From a bacterium (GTDB lineage Bacteria > Myxococcota_A > Bradymonadia > UBA7976 > UBA1532), in NCBI GenBank assembly GCA_030427205.1, contig JAUHXC010000011.1:44016-108015 (forward strand): a stretch of 64,000 bases of DNA. Reading direction: 5' to 3'. Positions 1-8,630 of this stretch are shown one piece after another. The stretch's first letter is position 1, and each line of letters starts with the position of its first letter. Below the pieces are notes generated by a model. That model had not been told where the DNA came from, ran no database searches, and saw nothing but the letters and a program-made list of their open reading frames with translations. The position numbers and the translations under genes were made by a program.

Positions 1-66
1 CGGCTGAGCATCGCCGAGCGCATCGAGCGCCTCGCCGAGCGCATCGACGACGACCTCGACCTCTGA
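1..66 (+). CDS. 3' end of a truncated upstream gene (C-terminal 21 aa: ...RLSIAERIERLAERIDDDLDL*)
   Basis: Frame 1 reads without stops from the window edge to TGA at 64-66. The GC3-rich codon pattern matches neighbouring genes. The fragment is too short to identify. Confidence 0.35.
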   Translation, partial: RLSIAERIERLAERIDDDLDL

Positions 67-139
67 TCGACGTCTGCTGAGCCCGAGCCGGGCGCCGGGC
101 CCCGGCCACAGACCGGCCGGGCAGCACCGGGGAGGCGCC

Positions 140-1144
140 ATGCGCGAAGAATGGGCCGCGGCGTTCACCCGGACCGCCGAGGCGTTCTGGACCGACGCGC
201 GCACGCGGCAGGTCACCGGCGGCAACCACATGGCGATCCTGCCGCGGGAGGCGCCGGTGCTGCTGCGCTCGATCGGGCTGCTGCACCGCGACGGCTCGAT
301 GCCGCCCAAGCAGGTGCGCAAGTACCGCCAGATCAACCACATGATCGCCGTGCTGGGGCCGTCCCTGCGCGAGCTGCGCGACCGGTTCGAGGTGGTGCAC
401 CTGCTCGACGCGGGGTGTGGCCGCTCCTATCTGACGATGCTGCTGGCGTGGGTGTTCGTGCACACCTACGCCCACCCGGTCAGGATCCTCGGGATCGATC
501 GCAGCGAGGCCCTCATCGATGAGTGCCGGCGGCGCACGGCGCTGACGGGCCTCGACGGCGTGCTCGCATACGCGACGGGCGCGCTGTCCGAGGTGGACGT
601 CGCCGAGGTCTGGCGCCGGGCCTTCGGCGATACCCGGCCGCCCCAGCTGCACGGCGTGATCTCGCTGCACGCGTGCGACACCGCCACCGACGACGCCATC
701 GCGCTGGGCCTGGCCGAGCAGGTCGAGATGCTGGCCGTGGCCCCGTGCTGTCAGGCCGAGCTGGCCGACAAGTGGCTCGGCCTGAACCGGGCGGGCGCCA
801 CCGGCGCCTTCGAGCCGCTGTGGTCCATGCCGCACCTGCGCCGGAAGAGCGCCGCGACGCTGACCGATACCTTCCGCACGCTGCTCATCCGAGCCGCGGG
901 CTACGATACGACCGCGCTGGAGTTCGTGGGCACGGCGCATACGCCCAAGAACACCCTGATCCGAGGTATGCGGCGAGGGCTCGACGGCTCAGCGGCCGCG
1001 CGGCGCTATGTCGCGCTGCGGCGCGCCACCGGCGACGTCGGGATCGCGCTGGAGCAGCGGGTGCCGTCGCCCGCTCGCGACCTGCTGGCGCTGGGCGAGC
1101 AGGGCGCGGCGTCCCGCGCCGAGAAAAAATCGACGCGCCCGTAA
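140..1144 (+). CDS. class I SAM-dependent methyltransferase
   Basis: 334-aa ORF. It contains a Rossmann motif I, 'VVHLLDAGCGRSYLT', then an acidic residue after a beta-strand ('ILGIDRSE'). GGGGAGG lies 5 nt upstream of ATG 140. No overlapping ORF looks comparably protein-like. Confidence 0.7.
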   Translation: MREEWAAAFTRTAEAFWTDARTRQVTGGNHMAILPREAPVLLRSIGLLHRDGSMPPKQVRKYRQINHMIAVLGPSLRELRDRFEVVHLLDAGCGRSYLTMLLAWVFVHTYAHPVRILGIDRSEALIDECRRRTALTGLDGVLAYATGALSEVDVAEVWRRAFGDTRPPQLHGVISLHACDTATDDAIALGLAEQVEMLAVAPCCQAELADKWLGLNRAGATGAFEPLWSMPHLRRKSAATLTDTFRTLLIRAAGYDTTALEFVGTAHTPKNTLIRGMRRGLDGSAAARRYVALRRATGDVGIALEQRVPSPARDLLALGEQGAASRAEKKSTRP

Positions 1145-1220
1145 ACCCGATCCAGGCGACCCGGGTCAGACCCATCGCAACCCCCGAGAGAGACCTCGGG
1201 ACAACCGATGGAGAAGAAAG

Positions 1221-1721
1221 ATGACTTCGCTGACCAAGACCCTCGGCGCCCTCCTGCTCACCCTCGGCCTGGCCGTGCCCGGTATCGCCTTCGCCTGCGG
1301 CGGCGGCCCCGGCGGCAAGATGGGCAAGCGCGGACCCGGACCCGGCAAGATGGTGCGCATGCTCGAGAAGAACGCCGACGCGCTGGGCATCGAGCAGGCC
1401 ACGCTGGACCAGATCAAGGGCGTGCTCGACGCCAACAAGGCCGAGGCAGAGTCGCTGCGGGCAGATGTGAAGGCCGCCCGCCAAGCGCTGCGGGAGGCGA
1501 TGCAGGCCGACAGCCCCGACAAGCAGGCGGTGCTCGCCCTGCAGTCCGAGGTCGGCGCCGCCAAGCAGGCCGCCGCCCAGCACCGGCTCTCGGTGATGCT
1601 CGACGTCAAGGCGCTGCTGACCCCGGAGCAGAAGGCGGCCATCCAGGAGAAGCGGGCCGAGCGCCGCGGTAAGCGCGGCAAGCGCGGCAAGCGCGGCTGG
1701 GGCGGCGGCGAAGAGATCTGA
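1221..1721 (+). CDS. periplasmic Spy/CpxP-family (LTXXQ motif) stress protein
   Basis: In frame with ORF 1008..1721. The internal ATG at 1221 gives a signal peptide, 'MTSLTKTLGALLLTLGLAVPGIAFA'. The protein is helical, Ala/Gln/Lys-rich, and carries 'LTPEQKAAIQEKRAE' (LTXXQ). The C-terminus has the basic repeat GKRGKRGKRG, encoded by a 9-bp x3 tandem repeat. Confidence 0.7.
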   Translation: MTSLTKTLGALLLTLGLAVPGIAFACGGGPGGKMGKRGPGPGKMVRMLEKNADALGIEQATLDQIKGVLDANKAEAESLRADVKAARQALREAMQADSPDKQAVLALQSEVGAAKQAAAQHRLSVMLDVKALLTPEQKAAIQEKRAERRGKRGKRGKRGWGGGEEI

Positions 1722-1793
1722 CCCGCCCGTCCGCATCAACGCCGTCGATGGCCCCGGCCGTCGGCGGCGTTCGTCTTTCGAAGGGGGCCCGGC

Positions 1794-3356
1794 TCAGCGG
1801 CGCGCGGTGGCGCTGGCCTGGGTCTCGCGGATGACCATCACCTTGATCTGCCCCGGATAGATGCACTCGTCTTCGATGCGATAGGCGATGTCGTTGGCCA
1901 GCCGGGCCGCGGCCAGATCGTCCACCCGGCGGGGGTCGACCACCACCCGCACCTCGCGCCCGCCCGAGATCACGTAAGTATTGCGAATGCCCCGCGGCTT
2001 GAAGTCGGCGCAGATGGTCTGCACGTCTTCGACCCGCTGCGAGTACGACTCCACCGTCTCGCGGCGCGCGCCGGGCCGGGCGCCGCTGAGCGCGTCGGCC
2101 GCCGCCACCAGATGGGCCAGCGGCGACGACGGCTTCTCGTCGTTGTGGTGCGCCGCGATGGGGTGCACGATCTCGGGGGCCTCGCCGTGCGCCGTCGCAA
2201 AAGCGGCGCCGCTCACCGCGTGGCTGCCCACCGCCTCGGTCTCGGCCCACAGCACCTTGCCGATGTCGTGCATCAGCGCCGCCCGATGCGCGGTGCGGAT
2301 GTCGAGCCCCATGTCGCTGGCCATCATGCCGCACAGGTGCGCGGTCTCGATGGCGTGCTGCCACTGATTCTGGGTGTAGCTGGTGCGGTAGAGCAGCTTG
2401 CCCACCAGGAACTGGATCTCGCCGTGCACGTTGCGCAGCTTGAGGATCCGGGTGGCCCGCTTGCCGGCGTCGCGGCAGATCTTCTCCAGGTCGACCCGGG
2501 CTTTCTCGACGTACTGCTCGACCAGATCGATCGACGGGTCCTTGCGTCGCGCCAGCCGCTCGTACGCCAGGCGGCCGATCTCCCGGGTGTAGGGGTCGGG
2601 CGCCTGCATGTAGAAGCCGTCCTTGCCCTCCTGGGGCACGAACTCCACCTCGCTGAACTCGGCGATGCCGGCGAGGATCGCCCGACCATCGGCCAGAAAC
2701 CGCTCGCGGGCGGCCTTGTTGCGCGGCAGATCGACCGTCGCGATGAGCCGGTCGGCGGGCTTGGCCACCCCGTAGCGGTACATCGCGAGGTCCATCAGCC
2801 GGCGCGCCTCGACCTCGGCCCGGCTCTGCACCCGCTCCTCGTAGGCCCGGGCGGCCTTCTCGGCGGCGACGCGGGCCTCGCCGGTGAGCGCGTCGCCGAT
2901 GCGCTCGCTCATCGCGTCCCGGCTCTCCCCGGCGACCTCTTCGATGCGCTCGACGATGCGCTGCTCGAGCCCGTCGATCTCGTCGCGCAGCGCGTTGAGG
3001 TGTTGCCGGCGCGTCTTCATCTCGGCGGCCCGCTCGCCCAGCGCCCGATCGCGGGCCTCGGCGCTGTCATTGCGTCGACCGGCCGCGGCCTCCATCTGCT
3101 GAAGGCGGGCCTCGTCTTCGGCGAGCTGCTCGGTCTCGCTCGCGAGCTGGCGCTGCAGCCGATCGCGCAGCCGCTCGGCCCGTTCGAGGGCCGCCTCGCG
3201 GGCCACCTCGGCTTCGCCGCCGATCGCTTCGAGCTCGATCCGACCCTGGCGTCGCGCGCTCGAGACCGCCGCGTCCCGGCGACGGCGCGCGCCGATGGCC
3301 ATGGCCCCGGCGACGGTTCCGGCGGCAGCGACGGCGGTGGCAGCGGCGATGATCAT
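1794..3356 (-). CDS. rny: ribonuclease Y (N-terminal TM, KH domain, HD domain)
   Basis: Start taken at 'MIIAAATAVAAAGTVAGAMAI', an N-terminal membrane anchor. A long coiled-coil region follows, then a KH-like segment and the HD-domain motif 'AALMHDIGK'. The C-terminal region 'IKVMVIRETQ' is typical of RNase Y. The ORF's first 20 codons upstream (to 3416) are probably not translated. Confidence 0.85.
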   Translation of the reverse strand: MIIAAATAVAAAGTVAGAMAIGARRRRDAAVSSARRQGRIELEAIGGEAEVAREAALERAERLRDRLQRQLASETEQLAEDEARLQQMEAAAGRRNDSAEARDRALGERAAEMKTRRQHLNALRDEIDGLEQRIVERIEEVAGESRDAMSERIGDALTGEARVAAEKAARAYEERVQSRAEVEARRLMDLAMYRYGVAKPADRLIATVDLPRNKAARERFLADGRAILAGIAEFSEVEFVPQEGKDGFYMQAPDPYTREIGRLAYERLARRKDPSIDLVEQYVEKARVDLEKICRDAGKRATRILKLRNVHGEIQFLVGKLLYRTSYTQNQWQHAIETAHLCGMMASDMGLDIRTAHRAALMHDIGKVLWAETEAVGSHAVSGAAFATAHGEAPEIVHPIAAHHNDEKPSSPLAHLVAAADALSGARPGARRETVESYSQRVEDVQTICADFKPRGIRNTYVISGGREVRVVVDPRRVDDLAAARLANDIAYRIEDECIYPGQIKVMVIRETQASATARR

Positions 3357-3481
3357 GGATGTCTCCCGGGGCGGGCGCGTATGGCGCGGTTTCGAATGAT
3401 GACCACCTGCTGCCATCGTTTCAAGCGGCGGGCCGATCCCCAGAGCGATCGGGGCCTCTCGCCGCTGACCGGGCAGCCCGC

Positions 3482-4207
3482 TCAGCGGCGACGGCGTCGG
3501 CGTTTGGCCTCGGGCAGCCGGCGCAGGGCCGCCAGATCCTCCAGGCCGGCGAGCGTCGCCCGCAGATAACCCGGCGACAGCGTCTCGACCAGCGCCAGGG
3601 TGCGGGCGGCGAGCGCCTCGGGGTTGTACGGGCCGACGTCGTCGGCGACCCGATCGCTGGCCCGCGCGACGACCAGCGCGCTGCGGGCGTGATCCGCCGC
3701 CTCGCGGAACAGCGCCCGGGCGAGCTGATCGCCCACGGTGCGCAGCTCGGGCAGGTCGGCTGCGGCTTCGGCGGTCGCGGTGGCGGCGTGCACCCGGGCC
3801 CGCAGCGCCGGCTGAAGGGTGAGGCCGCGGCTGCGGGCCTGTCGCGCCAACCGCACCACCCGGGCCCGGGCGGCGTCGGCGTCGTCGGTGCGCGCCCGCC
3901 GCAGCGCCCGCGGGGCCTCGCGGCGCACGAAGCCGTAGTCTCCGCTGGCGAACGCCCGGGCGAAGTCACCGTCGGGATCGGCGTCGGCCGCGTCGAGGGT
4001 GGCCAGGGTCGCCCGCGCCTCCGCCCGGGCCGAGGCGAACGCCGCTTCGAAGCCCGACAGCCGCTCGGCGGCCCGTCGACGCAGGTGGTCGCCGGCCACG
4101 CCGTCGAGCCCCTCGGCCCGCTCGAGCAGCGCCTCGATGAAGCGAAAACCGGGCCCGTCGAAGACCTCCGCTCCACCGGCGCGCAATGTCTCGAGCCTGC
4201 GCTTCAA
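3482..4207 (-). CDS. DUF2894-like Ala/Arg-rich hypothetical protein; third gene of the MotA/MotB-like module
   Basis: In frame with the over-long ORF 3482..4918. There is no ATG. A TTG at 4207-4205 sits 6 nt downstream of AGGAGG and overlaps the TGA stop of the upstream MotB-like gene (TTGA overlap). The 242-aa product 'MKRRLETLRAGGAEVFDGPGFRFIEALLERAEG...' is helical. It resembles DUF2894 proteins found with DUF802 and OmpA genes. Confidence 0.5.
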   Translation of the reverse strand: MKRRLETLRAGGAEVFDGPGFRFIEALLERAEGLDGVAGDHLRRRAAERLSGFEAAFASARAEARATLATLDAADADPDGDFARAFASGDYGFVRREAPRALRRARTDDADAARARVVRLARQARSRGLTLQPALRARVHAATATAEAAADLPELRTVGDQLARALFREAADHARSALVVARASDRVADDVGPYNPEALAARTLALVETLSPGYLRATLAGLEDLAALRRLPEAKRRRRRR

Positions 4208-4893
4208 GGGCTGCCTCCTTGCGTCGGCGGCGGCAGGGTCGGCGCCCGCATGCCGCTCTGGGGCACCGGCACGATCTCCACCCGCCGATTGCGGGCCCGG
4301 CCGGCCTCGTCGGTATTGGGGGCCGCCGGGTGATGCGATCCGAAGCCGGCGGCGAAGAGCCGCTGCGGGGGCACCTCGTGGCTCAACAGCCCGCGGACCA
4401 CCGTCAGCGCCCGCTCGGTGGAGAGCTGCCAGTTGTCGGCGAAGCGTGGCCGATCGCCGTGGATCACCAGATCGTCGGTGAACCCTCCCACCATCACCAT
4501 CTGCTGCTGCTCGGTCAACCACCGGGCCAGCGGCGGGCCGATCTCGGCGAGCAGCGCGGCGCCCTCGGGGCGCAGGTCGGCGGAGTACAGGTCGAAGAGC
4601 ACGCTGCCGGCGATGGCGATGCGGCCGTCTTCCAGAGTGATGCGCCCCGCGGCCAGGGGCGCCGCCAGGGCCGCCTCCAGCGCCGCGAGCCGCTCGTCGG
4701 CCGCCTCGCGGGCCGTCTGCGCCTCGACCCGGGCCTCCTGCTCGGCTTCGAGCGAGGCGGCCAGGTCGACCTGGAACCACACCGCGACGACGAAGAAGAG
4801 CACGAACAGGCCCATCAGCCCGGCCATCAGGTCGCCGAAGACCAGCCAGACATGGCCGGTCTCGCCGGACACCTCGCGCTCGTCGAGCATCAT
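4204..4893 (-). CDS. MotB/ZorB-like stator subunit with OmpA-like peptidoglycan-binding domain
   Basis: 229 aa. A single N-terminal TM carries a conserved Asp, 'HVWLVFGDLMAGLMGLFVLFFVV', compared with MotB 'ADFMTAMMAFFLVMW'. The C-terminal OmpA-like domain ends in 'NRRVEIV'. Its ATG overlaps the upstream gene's TGA (ATGA). Confidence 0.85.
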   Translation of the reverse strand: MMLDEREVSGETGHVWLVFGDLMAGLMGLFVLFFVVAVWFQVDLAASLEAEQEARVEAQTAREAADERLAALEAALAAPLAAGRITLEDGRIAIAGSVLFDLYSADLRPEGAALLAEIGPPLARWLTEQQQMVMVGGFTDDLVIHGDRPRFADNWQLSTERALTVVRGLLSHEVPPQRLFAAGFGSHHPAAPNTDEAGRARNRRVEIVPVPQSGMRAPTLPPPTQGGSP

Positions 4894-7800
4894 CCGGCGA
4901 CCCCCGCCGCGCCCTCACCGCGCAGGGCGCGCAGCTCGGTGAACAGCTCCCGCTGGAAGCGCAGCGCGTCGCCGAAGACCTCGCGGGTCTGGTCGAGGTA
5001 CTCGCCGACGAGGCGCCCCGCCTGCTCCTCGCCGGTATTGCCCAGGCTGCCCTCCAGCTCGGCGAGCGTGGTCATCCAGCGCTCGTTGGCCTCGCGGTAG
5101 CCGTCCACCGCCTCGGCGAGCATCTGGGCCACCGCCGACAGCTCGGCGCCGCCGGCGGTGAGCAGATCGCCGCCCGCGCGCACGCCCAGGCCGACCTCGG
5201 TCAGCCGGGCGGTCAGCGCCTCGACGTGGGTCGACAGCGTGTCGGCCAGGGCGGCGTGGCTCTGGGAGCGGGCCTCGGCCATGCGCCCCTCGAACACCGC
5301 CAGCCGCTCGGTCTGCCGGTCGAGCGCCTCTTCGACCTTGCCCGCCAAGGCCGCGAGCCGGGCGCCGGCGGCCTCCTCGCTGGCCTCGGCGGCGGCGAAG
5401 CGGGCCTCGGTGGCGGCGTCCATGCGCTCGACGGTCTGCGACATGCCGGCGAGCAGCGCGTCGAGGCGCGCGTCGCGGGCCGCGTCAACGGCGGTGCGGG
5501 CCGCGAGCTGCGCCCCGGCCTGCTCGACCAGCTTCGCCGCGGCGGCCGGCGCCTCGGCGGCGGTGCGGGCGACCGCTTCGAGCGGCGCGGTCAGGCGCTC
5601 GCCCATCGCGCCGAGGTGCTCTTCGAGGGCGTGGTCGAGGCGGCCGAGCACCGCGGCGGCTTCGGTGGCCCGGGCGGTCTGCGCGGCGGCGAAGGCCTCG
5701 GCCTGCTCGGCCAGCGCGGCGCCCAGGCGCACGGTGGTCGCCTCGAGCCGCTCGGCGGTCTGCACGTCCAGATCGGCCAGCGCCGCCTGCACCGCCTCGA
5801 AGCGGGCCCCGATGCTCGCCGACTGACGGGCGCCCTCGACCGCCGCCGCCTCCAGGTGCAGGCGGGCGGCGTCGACCGCCTCGCCGAACGCGTGCAGCCG
5901 GGCGGCGTCGGCCTCGGCGGTGCCCAGCAGGCGGGCCTCGACGCGGCCCACCAGATCGTCGAGCCGGGCCGACAGCGCCTCGGCGCGCGCCTGCTCGGCC
6001 TCGGTCAGCCCGGTCACCGCTGTCTGCACGTCAGCCACCAGCGCCGTCAGCGGCGCGCCGATGGCCTGCAGGCCGTCCCGGGTCGCGTCCACGGCCCGAT
6101 CGAGCCGAACCAGCACCCCCTCCAGCCGCGCGTGGGCCGCGGCCTCCAGGCGGCCCGCCAGGGCCTCCAGCGCCGATTCCCGCGCCGCGTCGACCTCGGC
6201 GGCGTGCGCCCGGCGCTGCCCGTCGAGCGCCTCGAACCGCGCCGCGAGCCCTTCGAAGGCCGACCGCTGGCGCTCGGCGAGCGCGTCGGCCTGCGACCGG
6301 CGGGTGCGCTCGCTCTCCGCGAGCTGCTCGGCCAGCGCCGCCAGCGCCGCCCGCTGGGCGTCGACGGCCGCCTGGGTGCGGGACCCGCGCTCGACGTCCA
6401 GCGCTTCGAGCCGCCCGATCAGCGCGTCGAGGGCGTCTCGCTGGGCGCCGTCGGCTTCGGCCGCCGCGGTCGCGATGCGCTCACCCAACGCGGCGAGCGC
6501 AGCGCGATCGTCGGCCGAGAGCTGCGCCTGACGCTCGGCGCGCGCCTGCTCGGCCGCCTCGAGTCGGCTGGCCAGCGCCCCGAGCGCGGCCTGCTGCGCG
6601 TCCACCGCCGCCTCGATGCGCGCCGCCTGCGCCGCGCCGCGGGTATCGGCGGCGGCGCGCCGCTTGTCTTCGGCCTCTATCATGCGCCCGGCGAGCCCCT
6701 CGATCGCCGCCCGCTGGGTCTCGGCGGCCTCGATCAGCGCGTCGGCGCGGCGGGTATCGGCAGCGTCGATGCGCGTCGCCAGCGCTTCGAGCGCCGCGCT
6801 CTGACGGGCGGCCGCGGCCTCGGCCTCGGCCTGACGGCGGGCGTCGGCCTCTTCGACGCGCCGCACGGTCTGCGACCACTCGGCGGCCCGGGACACGGCC
6901 CGCGCCTGCTCGGCGCCTTCGAGCTGTTCGAGCAGCGCCGCGTGGGCCGCCTCGACGTGGGCCCGCAGCGAGGTGTCGGCCTCGGCCTGCCGCCGCACCA
7001 GCCCGTCGAGCCGGTCGAGCAGGTCGGCGTGGCGTCCGTGCGCCGCGGCATCGCGCGCGGTGGCGTGCTCCGCCCGGCGGCTCTCGGCGGCCTCGACGGT
7101 GCTCAGCATCGCCTCGACGTGGGCCACCAGCATGCCGTCGGCTTCGGCCCGCTGGCGGGCGGCGTCGTTGAGCCGGTCGAGCAGGGCGGCGTGGCGCTCG
7201 GCGTCGGCCGCCGCGCGGTCGGCGTCGCGGGCGGCGAGGGCGTCGGTCAGCGCGACGTGGCGTGCGTCCAACGCGGCGATGCGCGACGCCTCGGACGCGG
7301 CCAGCGTATCGGCGAGCCCGCCGATGTGCGCTTCGAGCGCCTCGGCCCGCAGCGCCTCGGCGGCGGCGCGGGTCTCTTCGGATTCGGTCACCGCCGACAG
7401 CACCCGGTCGAAGCCGGCGCCCAGCGCGTCCCGTCGGCGGGCCTCCTCGGCGGTCAGGGCCGCGGTCAGCCGCTGCACCTCCTCGCGGGTCGCCTGCCGG
7501 CCGGCCTCTTCGGCGGCGCGGCGGGCGTCGGCGTCGGCCGACAACATCTCGGTCCACTCGGCGGCGTGGCGCCCCACCGCGGCCTCGGCCCGCTCGGCGG
7601 CCTGCCCGGCCAACGCCGCGACCGCGGTCGACGTCTGCTCGACGCTCGCCGCGAAGCCCGCCGACAGCGCCTCGCGGATGTCGGCCGCAGCCCGGCCGAA
7701 CGCCGCCGCCGCGGCCTCGGCGGCTTTCTCCTGCGCGCCGACGGCCCGCTCGCCGACCGCCGTCTGGGCGTCGACGAGGCTCGACTCGAGCTGCTCGATG

Positions 7801-8504
7801 CGCGCCACGGCCCGGCCGAGCGCCTCGGCGGCGGCAGGCAGCGCCTCGCCCTGGCGCACCAACGCTTCGAGGACCGCCAGCTGACGCCCGGCGGGGGTCG
7901 TGGCCTCCAGGTTCGCGCCGGCCCATGAGGCCAGCCGCCGTCGGGCGCGGCGCTCGGCCCGCCGGACCCAGACCGCCGCCAGCCCCAGGGCCGCCGAGGC
8001 GGCGACGCCGGCGACCGAGGTGCCGAACGCCCGGGTGAGCCCGTCGATGGGGCCGGCCAGCCCCTGGCGCAGCGCGGTGACGTCGGCGGCGCCCAGCATC
8101 GCGCCGCGGGCGCCGGACAGCGTCTCGACCAGCCCGAGGAAGGTGCCGAAGAGCCCCAGCATCACCAACAAGCCCACCAGATAGGGCGTGAAGCCGACCG
8201 GCGCCCCGGGCGGGGTCTGGCCGGCGCGCACGGCGGCCACGAGCGCGCGCACGGCGGGCGAGGCGTCGTCGAGGCGGGTCTCGAAGTCGTCGGCGTCGCG
8301 GGCGGGCAACGTCGGGATCTCGTCGAGCAGCCGGCCGGCGGCGCTGGCCCGACGCCACAGCTCGACCGCGCCGACCCACAGCCCGAGGGTGATGCCGCCG
8401 AGGACCACCAGCGCCAGCGCGTCCTCTCCCCGATAGAACGCCGCGGCTCGGGCGATGAGCGCGGTGCCGAGTACGGTGAGCAGGGCGACGGCCAGACGCG
8501 GCAT
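4890..8504 (-). CDS. MotA/TolQ/ExbB-like proton-channel protein with a ~950-aa cytoplasmic coiled-coil tail (ZorA-like / DUF802-like)
   Basis: Start at ATG 8504, where GGAGGA lies 4-5 nt upstream ('MPRLAVALLTVLG...'). Four predicted TMs. TM3 carries the MotA/TolQ signature 'LVMLGLFGTFLGLVETLSGA'. A roughly 950-aa Ala/Glu/Arg/Asp-rich, internally repetitive alpha-helical region follows. The ORF track extends to 8585, but there is no RBS there. Confidence 0.8.
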   Translation of the reverse strand: MPRLAVALLTVLGTALIARAAAFYRGEDALALVVLGGITLGLWVGAVELWRRASAAGRLLDEIPTLPARDADDFETRLDDASPAVRALVAAVRAGQTPPGAPVGFTPYLVGLLVMLGLFGTFLGLVETLSGARGAMLGAADVTALRQGLAGPIDGLTRAFGTSVAGVAASAALGLAAVWVRRAERRARRRLASWAGANLEATTPAGRQLAVLEALVRQGEALPAAAEALGRAVARIEQLESSLVDAQTAVGERAVGAQEKAAEAAAAAFGRAAADIREALSAGFAASVEQTSTAVAALAGQAAERAEAAVGRHAAEWTEMLSADADARRAAEEAGRQATREEVQRLTAALTAEEARRRDALGAGFDRVLSAVTESEETRAAAEALRAEALEAHIGGLADTLAASEASRIAALDARHVALTDALAARDADRAAADAERHAALLDRLNDAARQRAEADGMLVAHVEAMLSTVEAAESRRAEHATARDAAAHGRHADLLDRLDGLVRRQAEADTSLRAHVEAAHAALLEQLEGAEQARAVSRAAEWSQTVRRVEEADARRQAEAEAAAARQSAALEALATRIDAADTRRADALIEAAETQRAAIEGLAGRMIEAEDKRRAAADTRGAAQAARIEAAVDAQQAALGALASRLEAAEQARAERQAQLSADDRAALAALGERIATAAAEADGAQRDALDALIGRLEALDVERGSRTQAAVDAQRAALAALAEQLAESERTRRSQADALAERQRSAFEGLAARFEALDGQRRAHAAEVDAARESALEALAGRLEAAAHARLEGVLVRLDRAVDATRDGLQAIGAPLTALVADVQTAVTGLTEAEQARAEALSARLDDLVGRVEARLLGTAEADAARLHAFGEAVDAARLHLEAAAVEGARQSASIGARFEAVQAALADLDVQTAERLEATTVRLGAALAEQAEAFAAAQTARATEAAAVLGRLDHALEEHLGAMGERLTAPLEAVARTAAEAPAAAAKLVEQAGAQLAARTAVDAARDARLDALLAGMSQTVERMDAATEARFAAAEASEEAAGARLAALAGKVEEALDRQTERLAVFEGRMAEARSQSHAALADTLSTHVEALTARLTEVGLGVRAGGDLLTAGGAELSAVAQMLAEAVDGYREANERWMTTLAELEGSLGNTGEEQAGRLVGEYLDQTREVFGDALRFQRELFTELRALRGEGAAGVAG

Positions 8505-8630
8505 CCGATCCTCCGGGGGCTGGTGCAGATACGGCAGCCGGTCATCGCCGACCGATCGACCGCTGTCAAGGGTCACGGGGGGCAAAAAACGTCACTGGTC
8601 CGGGCAGATGTATCGGTCGACCATGCGCCG

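Noticed and set aside
1741-1793. GGCCCC...GGGGCC stem between convergent spy-like and rny genes as a bidirectional terminator
   Set aside because: The loop would be about 28 nt, too long for a convincing intrinsic terminator. Not reported as a feature.
523-3569. ORFs 523..1224+, 885..1739-, 1606..2364-, 2112..3569+ around the methyltransferase, spy-like and rny genes
   Set aside because: Arg/Pro/Gly-rich shadow ORFs. rny (HD + KH) and the methyltransferase explain the coding signal.
4208-4918. Upstream 237 codons of ORF 3482..4918 (the 'MRARRGSPDD...' part)
   Set aside because: It overlaps the MotB-like gene in another frame and is Arg/Gly/Pro junk. Only the 3' 242 codons, from the TTG with AGGAGG, look like a protein.
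5226-7928. 900-aa plus-strand ORF (and 6481..8379 minus, 5158..5826, 5920..6531, 6973..7884 and others) inside the stator-tail gene
   Set aside because: Their composition is extreme Gly/Arg/Pro/Ala with no hydrophobic core. They are antisense or out-of-frame shadows of the repetitive GC-rich coiled-coil codons. They have no RBS and no start-context support.
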